The notes under the pieces: model-generated
Told to the model about the DNA's origin: nothing
The model's database searches: none
Seen by the model: the letters and a program-made list of their open reading frames with translations, nothing else
Position numbers and translations under genes: made by a program
From: Sedimentisphaerales bacterium
Lineage (GTDB): Bacteria; Planctomycetota; Phycisphaerae; Sedimentisphaerales; SM23-30
Assembly (NCBI GenBank): GCA_963663965.2
Contig: CAXXFK010000006.1
Span: 160,001 to 224,000, forward strand
Length of the DNA stretch: 64,000 nt
Direction of reading: 5' to 3'
In this document: in pieces, positions 19,484 through 30,400 of the stretch
Layout of the letters: every line of letters begins with the position of its first letter
Position numbering within the stretch: the first letter of the stretch is position 1

Positions 19484-19513
19484 CAAAAAGCTAAATTGAA
19501 ATCAAGCTGGGGA

Positions 19514-21577
19514 TTACTGGCAATTATCAACCGGGTAAACACCACAAGTGAGCCAGCCGGTGGTCATTTCAGCCAGGTCCAGCAGATTCACCACGCAGTC
19601 TCCGTTAATATCGCCTGGGCCAACCTTCTCAGGATAAAGACAGGGGGTGATATCTGGGTCTACCAGGCGGTTGTATTCATCAACCACATCCGCTGCGCTG
19701 ATGGCATAGTTGTAAATCCGCAGGTCGTCGATTGCGCCATTGAACCAGCGGTCGGGATGGTTTTCGGCCCGGCCAATCCAGATGGGATCATTAACGCCGG
19801 CGCCAAAAGTGAAGTTACCGGTACCCGCCTGCAAACCGTTGACATAGGCGCGTGTGACGTCAGATCCCACAGTCATGCAGATGAATTCCCATTGGTCAAC
19901 ATGAATGGTTACATTAGGACCATAACTGTTGTTGCGATACCACTGCAAGACGGCTTGATTATTGAGGGTACGCCATGACCAGCAATTGGTGGTGCCCCAG
20001 GAATCGGCTTTGCCGATAATACCCTGGTATCCCCCGACATTGGACATTTTGACCCAACAACTGACAGTAAGCTGGTTACTGGTGCTGGATGGATTCCAGG
20101 CGCCGGCGTTGGCGACACTGGCGGCATCCATCTGGATGGCATCACTGTCGATACCATCGACATAAGTCAGGACATGATTGGGATCAAGCAGCAAACCGTT
20201 GTGGTCTTCGGCCGAGTCGGTGTATATACCGGCCTGATCGGTGTCACGGTCAAATTTCCAATGGGCCATCAGCCGTTTAACGGTCAACGACGCCTTGTCA
20301 GAACCCGGATCGGCAGGACCGGCACCGTTTTGCGGCACGCAGTGATACCAGCCTTCATCGGCATTGTCAATGGCCAGAACCGTCAAGGCGTTGGTGTCGG
20401 CGCCGGTGTAGCCTGCGTCGCTGGCCAATATCAGCGTATCATTCTTGTACCACGCGTACGAGGCGGCGTCTGATGCCGTGACGCTGAAAGTCGCATCGAT
20501 GCCCGGATCGGCCAGAACGCTGACCGGCTGCTCGATCACTACCGGGGTAGGCGGCAGAGTGGTGAAGGACCAGATAGTCCCTTCAGTCATCAGGGGGGCG
20601 ATATCATTGGGTTCATAGGTGTCTACGCGCCAGTAATAAGTGGTGCCTTTGAGTAACGTGGTTCCCCAGGGACTGGTCGGGCTGGCGGGGTCGATCTCGG
20701 TGACATTTTGCATGTTGACCAGTTGTTTGCAAGTGGCGCCTGGGGTCAGGTTGGGATCAGTGCCGAACCAGACATCGTAATAGAGTACCGGGTACTCAGA
20801 CGGGATAAATTCCCATTTCAGCATGGTATCCAGCGGTACATTCTCCGAACCGGCACCGGCGCCCGGTTCAATCTGTAAAATGGTGGGTTTGTAATTGATT
20901 TGAATATTATCGACCCGCAGGGCATCGTTGGCGGAAGTGAACGCGAAATAGGTTGTTTCAGGCAGGGTAATCGTTGCCGTCATAGAACTGACGACGGTTC
21001 CGTCAGCTTTGGTTACATTATTGCTGAAAGTACCGGTAGTGCCGCTGGTGGGAACCCAGGTGAAAGCGCATTGATACCAGGTATTCCAGGAAATCTGGTT
21101 ACCCCCTTGAGCCAGAACGGGAGCGTTTCCTGACGGATAAGCGCTTTTTTGTATTACAGCGGGATATCCAGAACCATTATTCTGGTACTTTACATAGAAA
21201 AAGTCAGTAGTGTACCCGTTCAGGATATCGCCGAACAACATTATACCGTCGGTAAAAGCTCCTTCATCCTCCAGTTTGAAATCATAGCTGCCATTGATGG
21301 CCAGCGCCGGATTGAGTCCGGTCGTGTTGAGCAGGTATCCCGGAGCGTAGATCGAGTTAACGACGACATCGCATTTAACGCGCCCGACATTGCCGCCATT
21401 GTCCGCAACCACCTCATAGTAGGTTCCGGCCTGACTGACTACATTGACGAAAGTCCAGCCGGCCGGCGGTTCGTTTTTGGAAGGGATCGCCTGACCCTCA
21501 AAATCCTCGCTGAAACCCCATACTGCCGGACTGGCAACCAATAAAGCCCAAATCAAAAATCGCACATTCTTCTTCAT
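19514..21577 (-). CDS. Secreted protein: lectin-like N-domain, Fn3-like, Ig-like, LamG, C-terminal dockerin-like repeat
   Basis: ORF track gives 19514..21592; the RBS GGAGG favours ATG 21577. YYWRVD; Ig motif DEGWYHC; LamG motifs AHWKFD and FNGAIDDLRIYN; GDINGDCVVNLLDLAEMTTGWL. Confidence 0.82.
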   Translation of the reverse strand: MKKNVRFLIWALLVASPAVWGFSEDFEGQAIPSKNEPPAGWTFVNVVSQAGTYYEVVADNGGNVGRVKCDVVVNSIYAPGYLLNTTGLNPALAINGSYDFKLEDEGAFTDGIMLFGDILNGYTTDFFYVKYQNNGSGYPAVIQKSAYPSGNAPVLAQGGNQISWNTWYQCAFTWVPTSGTTGTFSNNVTKADGTVVSSMTATITLPETTYFAFTSANDALRVDNIQINYKPTILQIEPGAGAGSENVPLDTMLKWEFIPSEYPVLYYDVWFGTDPNLTPGATCKQLVNMQNVTEIDPASPTSPWGTTLLKGTTYYWRVDTYEPNDIAPLMTEGTIWSFTTLPPTPVVIEQPVSVLADPGIDATFSVTASDAASYAWYKNDTLILASDAGYTGADTNALTVLAIDNADEGWYHCVPQNGAGPADPGSDKASLTVKRLMAHWKFDRDTDQAGIYTDSAEDHNGLLLDPNHVLTYVDGIDSDAIQMDAASVANAGAWNPSSTSNQLTVSCWVKMSNVGGYQGIIGKADSWGTTNCWSWRTLNNQAVLQWYRNNSYGPNVTIHVDQWEFICMTVGSDVTRAYVNGLQAGTGNFTFGAGVNDPIWIGRAENHPDRWFNGAIDDLRIYNYAISAADVVDEYNRLVDPDITPCLYPEKVGPGDINGDCVVNLLDLAEMTTGWLTCGVYPVDNCQ

Positions 21578-21731
21578 ACTTGCGTCCTCCAAAAAATTGG
21601 ATAAGAGATTAATAAATGCTCAAGTATAACTACATTCCTGCATGCAGGATTAAATGGCATTTGTTCAGTCTAACGGTACCTTACGTGTTCAAATGTATCT
21701 GAAGTATAAGGTCATTTCGGTTGTACAGCAA

Positions 21732-21766
21732 CGCCATATTGCGAAAAATAATCGCCAAAATGCGAA
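21732..21766 (-). promoter_or_regulatory. Putative XylR/AraC operator (tandem half-sites, 21-bp period)
   Basis: On the minus strand, TTCGCATTTTGGCG-N7-TTCGCAATATGGCG upstream of the 21577 gene. Confidence 0.6.
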
Positions 21767-21844
21767 CGCCAAGGGGCGTTATAGTATAAGGAGGGATGGC
21801 AGGTTCTGAAATGAAGGAGGGGGAAACAGGGCCGAATATTCGGA

Positions 21845-22996
21845 TCATATACGGTGAATTTTGCGGTATTGAAGTGGGGTGATCCCCATAATTTTGCTGA
21901 AGGAGCGGGAAAAATGGTTATCGGACGGATAGCCGGCGTTGCGGGCGATTTCCGCAATCGACAGGTTAGTTGAGACCAGCATCTCGGCCACCAGGTGCAA
22001 TTTAACCGATACGATTTCGTCATAGATTGATCTTTTCAATAGTTGTCGAAATCGCTTTTCAAGAATTCGTCGCGACAGACAGGTGGCCCGTACCACATTG
22101 TCCACCCCAATTGGCTCGCGGGCATGATTGCGTATAAAATTAATGGCGGCAGCAAGTTCGGGATCTTCTATGGCGAGAATATGGGTGGATTGACGCGTTA
22201 CGACATGAGTTGGCAGGGTAACGATTTCCAATTCGCCGACCGACTTGCCACACATCATACGATCCAGCAATTCGGCGGCCAGAAAACCAGTCTTTTCAAA
22301 ATCCAGCACGATACTAGACAGCGGTGGATCAGACAATTCACAGATTTGCGGATCGTTGTCAACTCCCAGAACAGCCACTTCTTCAGGAATGTTAATTCCG
22401 GTGATTTTCCCTGCCTCCACAATCTGGCGGGCCCGGTCATCATTACAGGTAAACAAGCCAATCGGCTTGGGTAATGACTGGAGCCATTTAGCCAGTTGGC
22501 CCTGTTCCGTCTGGACTGATATGCGTCGTTGGTAATGTGGCGATTGATAGATTTCAACGGAATAACCAGCCTGACGTACCTGTTTTTCAAATAAGGTTTT
22601 CCGTTCATCTGACCAATCCACCTGATTAAAACCACAAAAGGCAAATCGGGTAAATCCACGTTGGATAAAATGTTGACAAGCCATCGTGACAATTTTGCCG
22701 GAATCGGCAGAGATGTGGGGACAGTTGGGAATGGTCAGACCACGGGTTACCGCAGGCAAACCGCTGGCGATGATTTTGCGGGCAGTGGTATCAGTGGGAT
22801 TATGAGCGATGATGCCATGAGCCCCCCAATTTTTCAGTTTAGGAATGGAGTTTTGGCGGCCACCCGGATCGCTATAAAATGACCAGGGGCCATGCAGCCG
22901 GGAATAGCGGGCTATCCCGCAGGCCAGCGAGCGATCCACGCCTCGGGCCATCTCCAAAATCAATATCACTTTTTTTACGTCGGCCATATTTGCCAA
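21845..22996 (-). CDS. XylR-family transcriptional regulator (periplasmic-binding-protein-like domain + AraC HTH)
   Basis: GIARYSRLHGPWSFY, LPKPIGLFTCNDDRARQI, PEEVAVLGVDND, VVTRQST, and a C-terminal AraC HTH (FSRSFSKIMGITPLQYR). Confidence 0.93.
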   Translation of the reverse strand: MANMADVKKVILILEMARGVDRSLACGIARYSRLHGPWSFYSDPGGRQNSIPKLKNWGAHGIIAHNPTDTTARKIIASGLPAVTRGLTIPNCPHISADSGKIVTMACQHFIQRGFTRFAFCGFNQVDWSDERKTLFEKQVRQAGYSVEIYQSPHYQRRISVQTEQGQLAKWLQSLPKPIGLFTCNDDRARQIVEAGKITGINIPEEVAVLGVDNDPQICELSDPPLSSIVLDFEKTGFLAAELLDRMMCGKSVGELEIVTLPTHVVTRQSTHILAIEDPELAAAINFIRNHAREPIGVDNVVRATCLSRRILEKRFRQLLKRSIYDEIVSVKLHLVAEMLVSTNLSIAEIARNAGYPSDNHFSRSFSKIMGITPLQYRKIHRI

Positions 22997-23042
22997 TATA
23001 TCTCTTTAGCCAGATAAAGTCCAGTTATTAATTCATTTTATA

Positions 23043-23077
23043 TTCGCAAATTGGAGAAAATGTTTCGCAAAGTGGTG
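23043..23077 (+). promoter_or_regulatory. Putative XylR/AraC operator in the divergent intergenic region
   Basis: TTCGCAAATTGGAG at 23043 and TTCGCAAAGTGGTG at 23064, 21 bp apart. Confidence 0.62.
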
Positions 23078-23194
23078 TGGTTTTCTCAGAGGAAATGGCG
23101 CATAATACATATGTAAATCTACGATTTTGTTATTAATAAAACCGGCAAGCTGGCAACTGCAAAGCCAATAGAGCTATCGTTTGAGGGACTTGAT

Positions 23195-24022
23195 ATGAGA
23201 CAAAACTAGGTTTTGCCTTAATTGAGCTTTTGGTGGTGATTTCGATTATCACCTTGCTGGTGCCGATTTTAATGCCGGCATTGGGCAAGGAACGTGACTA
23301 GGCCAAGAATTCATTGTCTGGCCAATATGCATCAATGGGGAGTGATATTCAACATGTATACAAATGACTACGATGGCTCCTTCATGCGAGGCTATGTCAA
23401 TGGTCTGGCTGATGTCGTCGATATGTGGGTGTATGCCACACAAAAATATTATCATGATCCCAAAATTTTATTATGTTCACGTGCTGACAAGACTGAATAT
23501 GAAGAGGGGCGACTGCCTTGGGCGACCTGGTATTTCAACAACGATCCAACCCTGAGACCAAGCTTTTATAATAGTCCCTTGTCCCAACCGGGCAGCAAAT
23601 TGATTAATATCCCAGGGAGCTATGGTATCAATTGGTTTATTAACAATCGTAATGTCGATGCAGGTGTTTATAAACACACGTTAAACTGGAAAAAATCCAA
23701 TCAAAGGAACGGTAATAATATTCCGGTTCTGCCCGATGCTGGATTTCCACTGGCCCGTCCGAGTGACACTGACAGCCCCAGTGGAGATGAAAAGGGTGAT
23801 TATATCTGGCCCCCGACAGGCGGTGAAATAAACCGTGTATGTCATAACCGACATTTCGGGGGAGTGAACGTTTTATTTCTGGACTGGTCGGTCCGCAGAG
23901 TATCGGTCAAGGAGCTATGGACACTAAAGTGTCATCGGGAGTTTGACACCCAATCTTGGAGTACTGTCCCATGGAAATGGCCCGACTGGATGAACAAAGT
24001 GGATGGATCGCTGTCCAAATAA
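23195..24022 (+). pseudogene. Prepilin-type N-terminal cleavage/methylation + H-X9-DG-type protein (DUF1559-like), disrupted at the 5' end
   Basis: ATG 23195 is out of frame with GFALIELLVVISIITLLVPILMPALGKERD (23209-23298). In-frame TAG at 23299, then a second shift to IHCLANMHQWG. C-terminal RHFGGVNVLFLDWSV. Confidence 0.85.
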
Positions 24023-24209
24023 TGGTTGGCTAAATGTGAAGACCATTTTGACTGGAATTTATGGCGAGTATCTTGCTTGCCAAATGTCCGACCAAGCCAT
24101 AGAATGAGGAGCGATCCCAATGCCGTTAAAATGACGATTCTTTTTTCTGATTGCCTATACCCATAAATGAAAAGAGAATAACCGGTTTGATTTTAACAAA
24201 GGATTTGTT

Positions 24210-26425
24210 GTGTTAATTTTGGTAAAACCGACTGATAAAAACAAACTTAAAACCGTTAACCTGACCTGCGATCTGGCCATTGCCGGCGGCGGTTTGGCGG
24301 GTGTTTGCTGCGCAATTACAGCGGCCCGCGCCGGACTCAATGTGGTGTTAATTCAAGACCGTCCGGTTCTGGGGGGCAATTCTTCCAGTGAGGTACGGCT
24401 CTGGGCCCTGGGTGCAACCTCCCATATGGGCAATAACAACCGCTGGGCGCGAGAAGGTGGGTTGATCGATGAAATTTTGGTCGAGAATTTATATCGCAAT
24501 TCCGAGGGCAATCCGGTTCTTTACGACACTGTATTGTTGGAAAAGGTAATGGAAGAGTCCAATATTACCCTGCTGTTGAATACCGCTGTTTACGACCTGG
24601 AAAAGTCGGGCCCAGATACCATTCAGACGCTTTTGGCGTTCTGCCCTCAGAATTCCACCCGTTACGAAGTAAGATCACCGCGATTTTGCGATGCCAGTGG
24701 CGACGGGATTGTGGGGTTTCTGGCGGGGGCGGCGTTTCGCATGGGGGCAGAAACCCTGGCGGAGTTTGGCGAGAAGTTCGCACCCTCGCAGGAATATGGT
24801 GCCCTGATGGGCCACTCGATCTTCTTTTATTCCAAGGATATTGGGGTGCCGGTCAACTATGTGCCGCCCAGTTTTGCATTGAAAGACATCACCCAGATAC
24901 CGCGTTATCGTCATTTCAAGAAAAACGAGCATGGCTGCCAGTTGTGGTGGATTAAATACGGGGGCCGGCTGGATACCATTCACGACAGCGAAGCGATCAA
25001 GTGGGAACTCTGGAAGATTGTTTACGGGGTTTGGGATTACATCAAAAACTCAGGTGAGTTTCCAGACGCGCGGACCATGACCCTGGAATGGGTGGGTACC
25101 ATACCGGGCAAACGGGAAAGTCGCCGGTACGAGGGCGATACCATTCTAACCCAGTTGGACATTGTCGAGCAACGTACCCATTACGACTCGGTTTCGTATG
25201 GCGGGTGGGCGATCGATCTGCATCCGGCCGACGGGATTTACAGTAACAAGCCAGGTTGCGATCAATGGCATTCCAAGGGGATCTATCAGATTCCCTACCG
25301 CTGTCTCTACAGCCGTAATATCGCCAATCTGTTTCTGGCGGGTCGGATTATCAGCGCTTCCCATGTTGCTTGTGGTTCGACACGTGTGATGATGACCTGC
25401 GCACATAACGCCCAAGCAGTGGCAATGGCGGCGGTTCTCTGCAAGCGGGACAATCTGCTTCCACGCGATCTGAGCGCGCCGGAGCGGATCGGAACATTGC
25501 AACGGGAATTGCTAAAGCGGGGTCAATATATTCCCGGAATACGTCTTAACGACCCTGAGGACCTGGTACGAATGGCATTGATATCGGTCAGTAGCGAATA
25601 TCGGTTGGACGTTTTGTCGCCGAATGGCCCCTGGCTACCTCTGAACGATTCCCGGGCCATGTTGCTGCGGTCAAGCCAGGCAAAATATCCCGATTTCACC
25701 TTCTCGTTCAGGTCGCCCATCCGGCAGAACTTGAATGTGAACTGCGAGTATGCAGCCGCGTTGACAGTTTTACGCCGGACACCATTTTGGAAACCGTTCG
25801 AGTCGCCCTCAAGCCTGAAATTCAGCATGACAAAGTGATGGTGGTCAGTCCTGTCACCAATCGGAAGGCTCAGGCCCCAGAATCGATGGACAATCACCCG
25901 GTCCAGATGGAAATTGCGGAAAGCACAGATTTAATCCGGGTGCCCAAGACCGCCGTTCAAACCATGACGATCGAATTTTCCACCCGGATCGAAACAGAGC
26001 AATATGCATTTGTCTGTCTTAAGGCGAACCGGGATGTCTCGGTGGCCACCGGCCAGATGCGGGTGACTGGAATCATGGCGCTGGCTTTTCAATCCAATGA
26101 CCGGGTCAGTAAAAACATGGTACAGAAACCTGAGGGCGATATCGGGGTTGACACCCTGGAATTCTGGATTCCCCAGCGTTATCCCGAAGGGCGCAATTTG
26201 GCCATACGATTCGATGAGCCGCTTGCCGGTTTTGGTCTGGACAATCTTATCAACGGCATTATCCGCCCGGTCGGCCGGCCCAATGCGTGGGTGGCCGATT
26301 CCGCCGATCGACAGCCTACCCTGACGCTAAGCTGGATTGAGCCTCAGGCGATTCGGCGCATCGAGCTGGATCATCCCGGCAGTGGATGGCCGGCCGCTTT
26401 GTTTGAGGTTCGCTGTTATGCCTGA
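24210..26425 (+). pseudogene. FAD-dependent oxidoreductase (FAD_oxidored type), frameshifted near 25668
   Basis: DLAIAGGGLAGVCCAITAARAG, DRPVLGGNSSSE, DASGDG, GKRESRR, GSTRVM. The frame of ORF 25787..26425 is open back to 25670, so a one-base loss joins the two ORFs. Confidence 0.82.
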
Positions 26426-26534
26426 TCGGCAGTGCCGGGCCCGACATAGGTTTTTTCTGGCAGATTCCCTGTCCAAACTATTGACTGTTTGACGCTGGAT
26501 CTTTACAGGATCTGGTTCACAGGACTACTATAGC

Positions 26535-27452
26535 ATGCAAGTTTCTGATTATATTGTTCTGATTTGTTACCTGCTGGGTATACTGGCGGTGGGGATGGTT
26601 TTCACCGGCAAGAATAAGAGCGCTTCGGATATGTTTGCTGCCGGCGGCCAGTCGCCCTGGTGGACCAGTGGTCTCAGCGCTTTTATGACCATGTTCTCGG
26701 CCACTGCCAGTATGGTCAGTTCCCAGTTAAATGTCTTTTCCGGCGTGCTCACCAGCGATATCTATCGGCCGTTCAAATCATTGGCGCCATCTGATGCCCA
26801 TAGGGTTTGGGCCGGCCGGTTCTTTACTATTCTGCTGGGTATCTTGCTGATCGGGCTCGCTTTGCTGATTCGGCATCTGGGCGGCGCCGAAAAGGTGATT
26901 GTGTCGATTACCGAAATCATGTCGGTAGCCCTGCTCGCGCCGACTCTCTGGGGGCTTTTCAGCCGCAGGGTCAACAGCAGTGCGGTCTGGATTACTGCCG
27001 CCGTCGGTTTTCCGGTTGGTTTCCTGGTGAGGTTTGGTTTGGCGCAGGATGGTTTTCTGGCCGATACCCCCGCTTTTTCCGGTCTGGCCGCCTGGGTTCA
27101 AGCCAATATGTCAACGGCCAAAACCTTTACCGGCGTTGTTTTGCCGTTGGTCATTCTTGCGGTCATTCAGATGGGGGCCGCACAGCGGATGGATGAAGTT
27201 TTTTTACGAATTCAGCAATTAGGAACCGCCGAATTGGCGCTGGAAAGCAATGGGCGCGTCAAGGCCAGCCGGCTGCCGGCCATTGTTGTTGCCTGGAGCA
27301 TCGGGCTCTGCGGTCTGATGATGGCGGTCCTGGCTGTCGTTGATGGCGATTCCGTTCGGATTATGGGGATCGTTGCCGCGGCGTTGTTCATTATAACCGC
27401 GGCTATTGGACTGGGTGTGAAACTGTTACCGAAGGAAACGAAAGGAAAATGA
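26535..27452 (+). pseudogene. Sodium:solute symporter with a large in-frame internal deletion
   Basis: The SSS N-terminus (DMFAAGGQSPWWTSGLSAFMTMFSA) joins directly to the late-helix motif (TASMVSSQLNVFSGVLTSDIY); only 305 aa. Confidence 0.8.
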
Positions 27453-30400
27453 TGGTGAATCGTTTACGAAAACAAATGGTACTGATAGCCGTATGGCTCA
27501 TATGGAATTCCTGGGCTCAGGCAATGATACTGGATGATTTTGAATCGGGCGCTTTTGATCCCGGTTGGGCCGCCACTTCCAGAGCTGTAGTGCAGTTCAA
27601 TCCAGGAAATGCGAGCGATGGCAGTGATTATTATGCCGTTATGACCAACGCCGCCGAAAATGGCGATGCGCTGGGCGCCTGGCTGGGTCGGGACGCAGAT
27701 GAAACCTGTGCCGACTTCAGCATAGCATTCGATTTCCGCTTTACTGATACCAATCAGCGTCAGATGAATATCCAGATTGGCCCTTCCAGTGTGGCGGTCA
27801 ACAATAATACCGGCAGTAATATTTGTATCAATTTTGCCTATGATGGTGTGGATAACCGATTCGAAGCTTACAATGGCTCCTGGCAGCCCTTGACCAGTCT
27901 GCCCACGAACCTGCCGGATAATGTCTGGCATCGTGTTGTGATAACCGGTCGCCATTTCGGCACCAATGGCGCTCAATACGATATTACCGTAAATGGCATT
28001 ACCCAGACTGGAATAACTTATTTTCACGGAGCTGTCGTTGCACAAACCCATCAGATTGGAGGTTTCAATTTTAATGACCGGTTCGGCGACAATCCCGGAT
28101 TCGATGTTGATAATGTCAAGGGCTGGGCTGTTCTGCCGCCTGCCGTATCGGTGACAGAAACCGCAGGCGGCACCAAAGTGTTCGAAGCGGGTGAAACTTC
28201 CGATACTTTTTCATTGTCTCTTACCGCGCAACCGAAAGCCCCGGTTACGGTCACTCTAAAGATTCTGGATCATCCGGATCAGGTGAACCTGGATAAAACG
28301 GTTCTGACATATACTCCTGACAACTTTCGATATTTCCAGGTTGTAACGGTAACGGCGATCGATGACGCCGTCGCGGAAGCCCGCTATCATAATGTCCGAA
28401 TTGGCTTTTCCGTTACCAGTGCGGACCCTGATTATCATAATATGGGGGTTGCCGATCTGCCGGTGACAGTCGTCGACGATGAGACCGGGCCGGATTTTCC
28501 TGGCTTCAGTGGAATCTATCCCCATCTGGCGGTGACCAACAATACCGCCAATGAATGCGGGATCGGTGCGATTGTCGCCTGGGCCGGTTCGCTCTGGTAT
28601 GTTACCTATTCACCGCACGCGCCTGCCGGCAGCAGCGGAGACAAGCTTTATCAGCTTCGTACCGATCTGGAGCCGGTTATCCGGCCCGAAAGCATAGGCG
28701 GCACACCGGCCAATCGCATGATCCATCCGGAATCCGATCAATTGATCATTTCCAATTATCTGATTGACGGCCAGGCCAATGTCCGGACCATTCCTTTTAC
28801 CTCGCTTTATGGCCGCATGACCGCCAATGCCCGCCATCTGACCGATCCGGCCAATAAAGTGTATTACTTTACAATGGAAGATGGTTTGTATGAAGTGGAT
28901 GTCAATACCCTTGCCGTGACGGAACTGCACCGCGACCGCAACCGCGGCGGCGATGATATGGTTCCGGGCGATCACGGTAAAGGCGCATATTCGGGGCAGG
29001 GCCGGCTGGTGGTTGCCAACAACGGTCTCGATAACGGCGGCGACGGCACGCTTTCGGAATGGAATGGCGTGGGCGATCCGGATACGCCGTCAAGCTGGGT
29101 CGAAATCGACCGCAATCAATATACCGAAGTGACCGGTCCGGGAGGAATCTATGGCAACCTCAATAACGACGATCCGCTCTGGAGTCTTGGCTGGGATCAT
29201 AAATCCGTACTGCTTCAAGTCTGCGACAACGGTGCCTGGAAACAGTTCCGGTTGCCCAAGGGCAGTTATACGCAGGATGACGCTGACGGCTGGTATACCG
29301 AGTGGCCCCGCATCCGCGAGGCGGCCCCGGACCGGTTGATGATGGATATGCACTGCCTTCTTTATGAGTTTCCCATTACTTTCAGACATGCCAATACGGC
29401 CGGAATTATGCCGCTGTCTTCCCACCTGACGATGATTGTCGATTGGGAACAGTGGAATGACCGGCTGGTTCTGGCTTGTAACGATGTCTCGCCATTCGGT
29501 TCGTCTCTGCTTGGTGGTATCACCCAATCTAATCTCCGTTTTACCTCGATGGATGAACTGGATGGACTGGGCCGCCCCCTGGGGTGGGGCGGGCCCTGGG
29601 TCAAAGAACCGGTGGCGGCCAACCAAGCTTCCGAACCGTTTCTGATCAACGGCTTTACCCACCGCGTCATTCACTTTGCCCATACGAATCCGGTATCGGT
29701 GACTTTATCCATTGAACTGGATCGGAACGGCGATAGTCAGTGGGTTGATTTCGATTCTTTTGCAGTTGGTCCGGCCGGTTATGGTTATTATCTTCTGCCC
29801 GCGGACTTACAAGCTCAATGGATTCGTTTCAGGATCGATACCGCCGTTAACTCGGCCACCGTATTCCTCTATTGCAGCACGGATTCACAAAAGGTGGATG
29901 GCTCCATGTTCCGAAGCCTGGCGGATAGCGGAACGGCCCGTTCTTATTCATCGGGAATTCTGCATCCAATCAACAGCAGCGATTTAAAGCTTGAATTTGC
30001 CGCTGATATTGTTGACGATTCCGGTAATATTATCGAAACAGGTTATTATGTTGTCGGCCAGGATATGAAACTGGCCCGCGTTGACAATCCGGTCGCGGAA
30101 TCGGCTGTCCGTACCAGTTTTAAAACCCGGCTTGAGTTTTCCGAAGATGATGCCTCCGTTATCGTGGGCGGATTCCGGTTGCCCAAGTCCGATCCGGATT
30201 ATGCAAGTCCCTTTGCTTCCGGCTGGCCTCGCGGCATTCGCGAGGTGGTTACCGAGCGGAATCTCATGAATATTCACGGTACTTTTTATGAATATCCCAC
30301 CGCGCTAGACGGTACCGATGTCTTACTGAAGATTCGTCCGATTACCACGCATCATAAAAAGATTTTCGATTTCTGTTCCTGGCGCGGCATGCTGGTTCTA

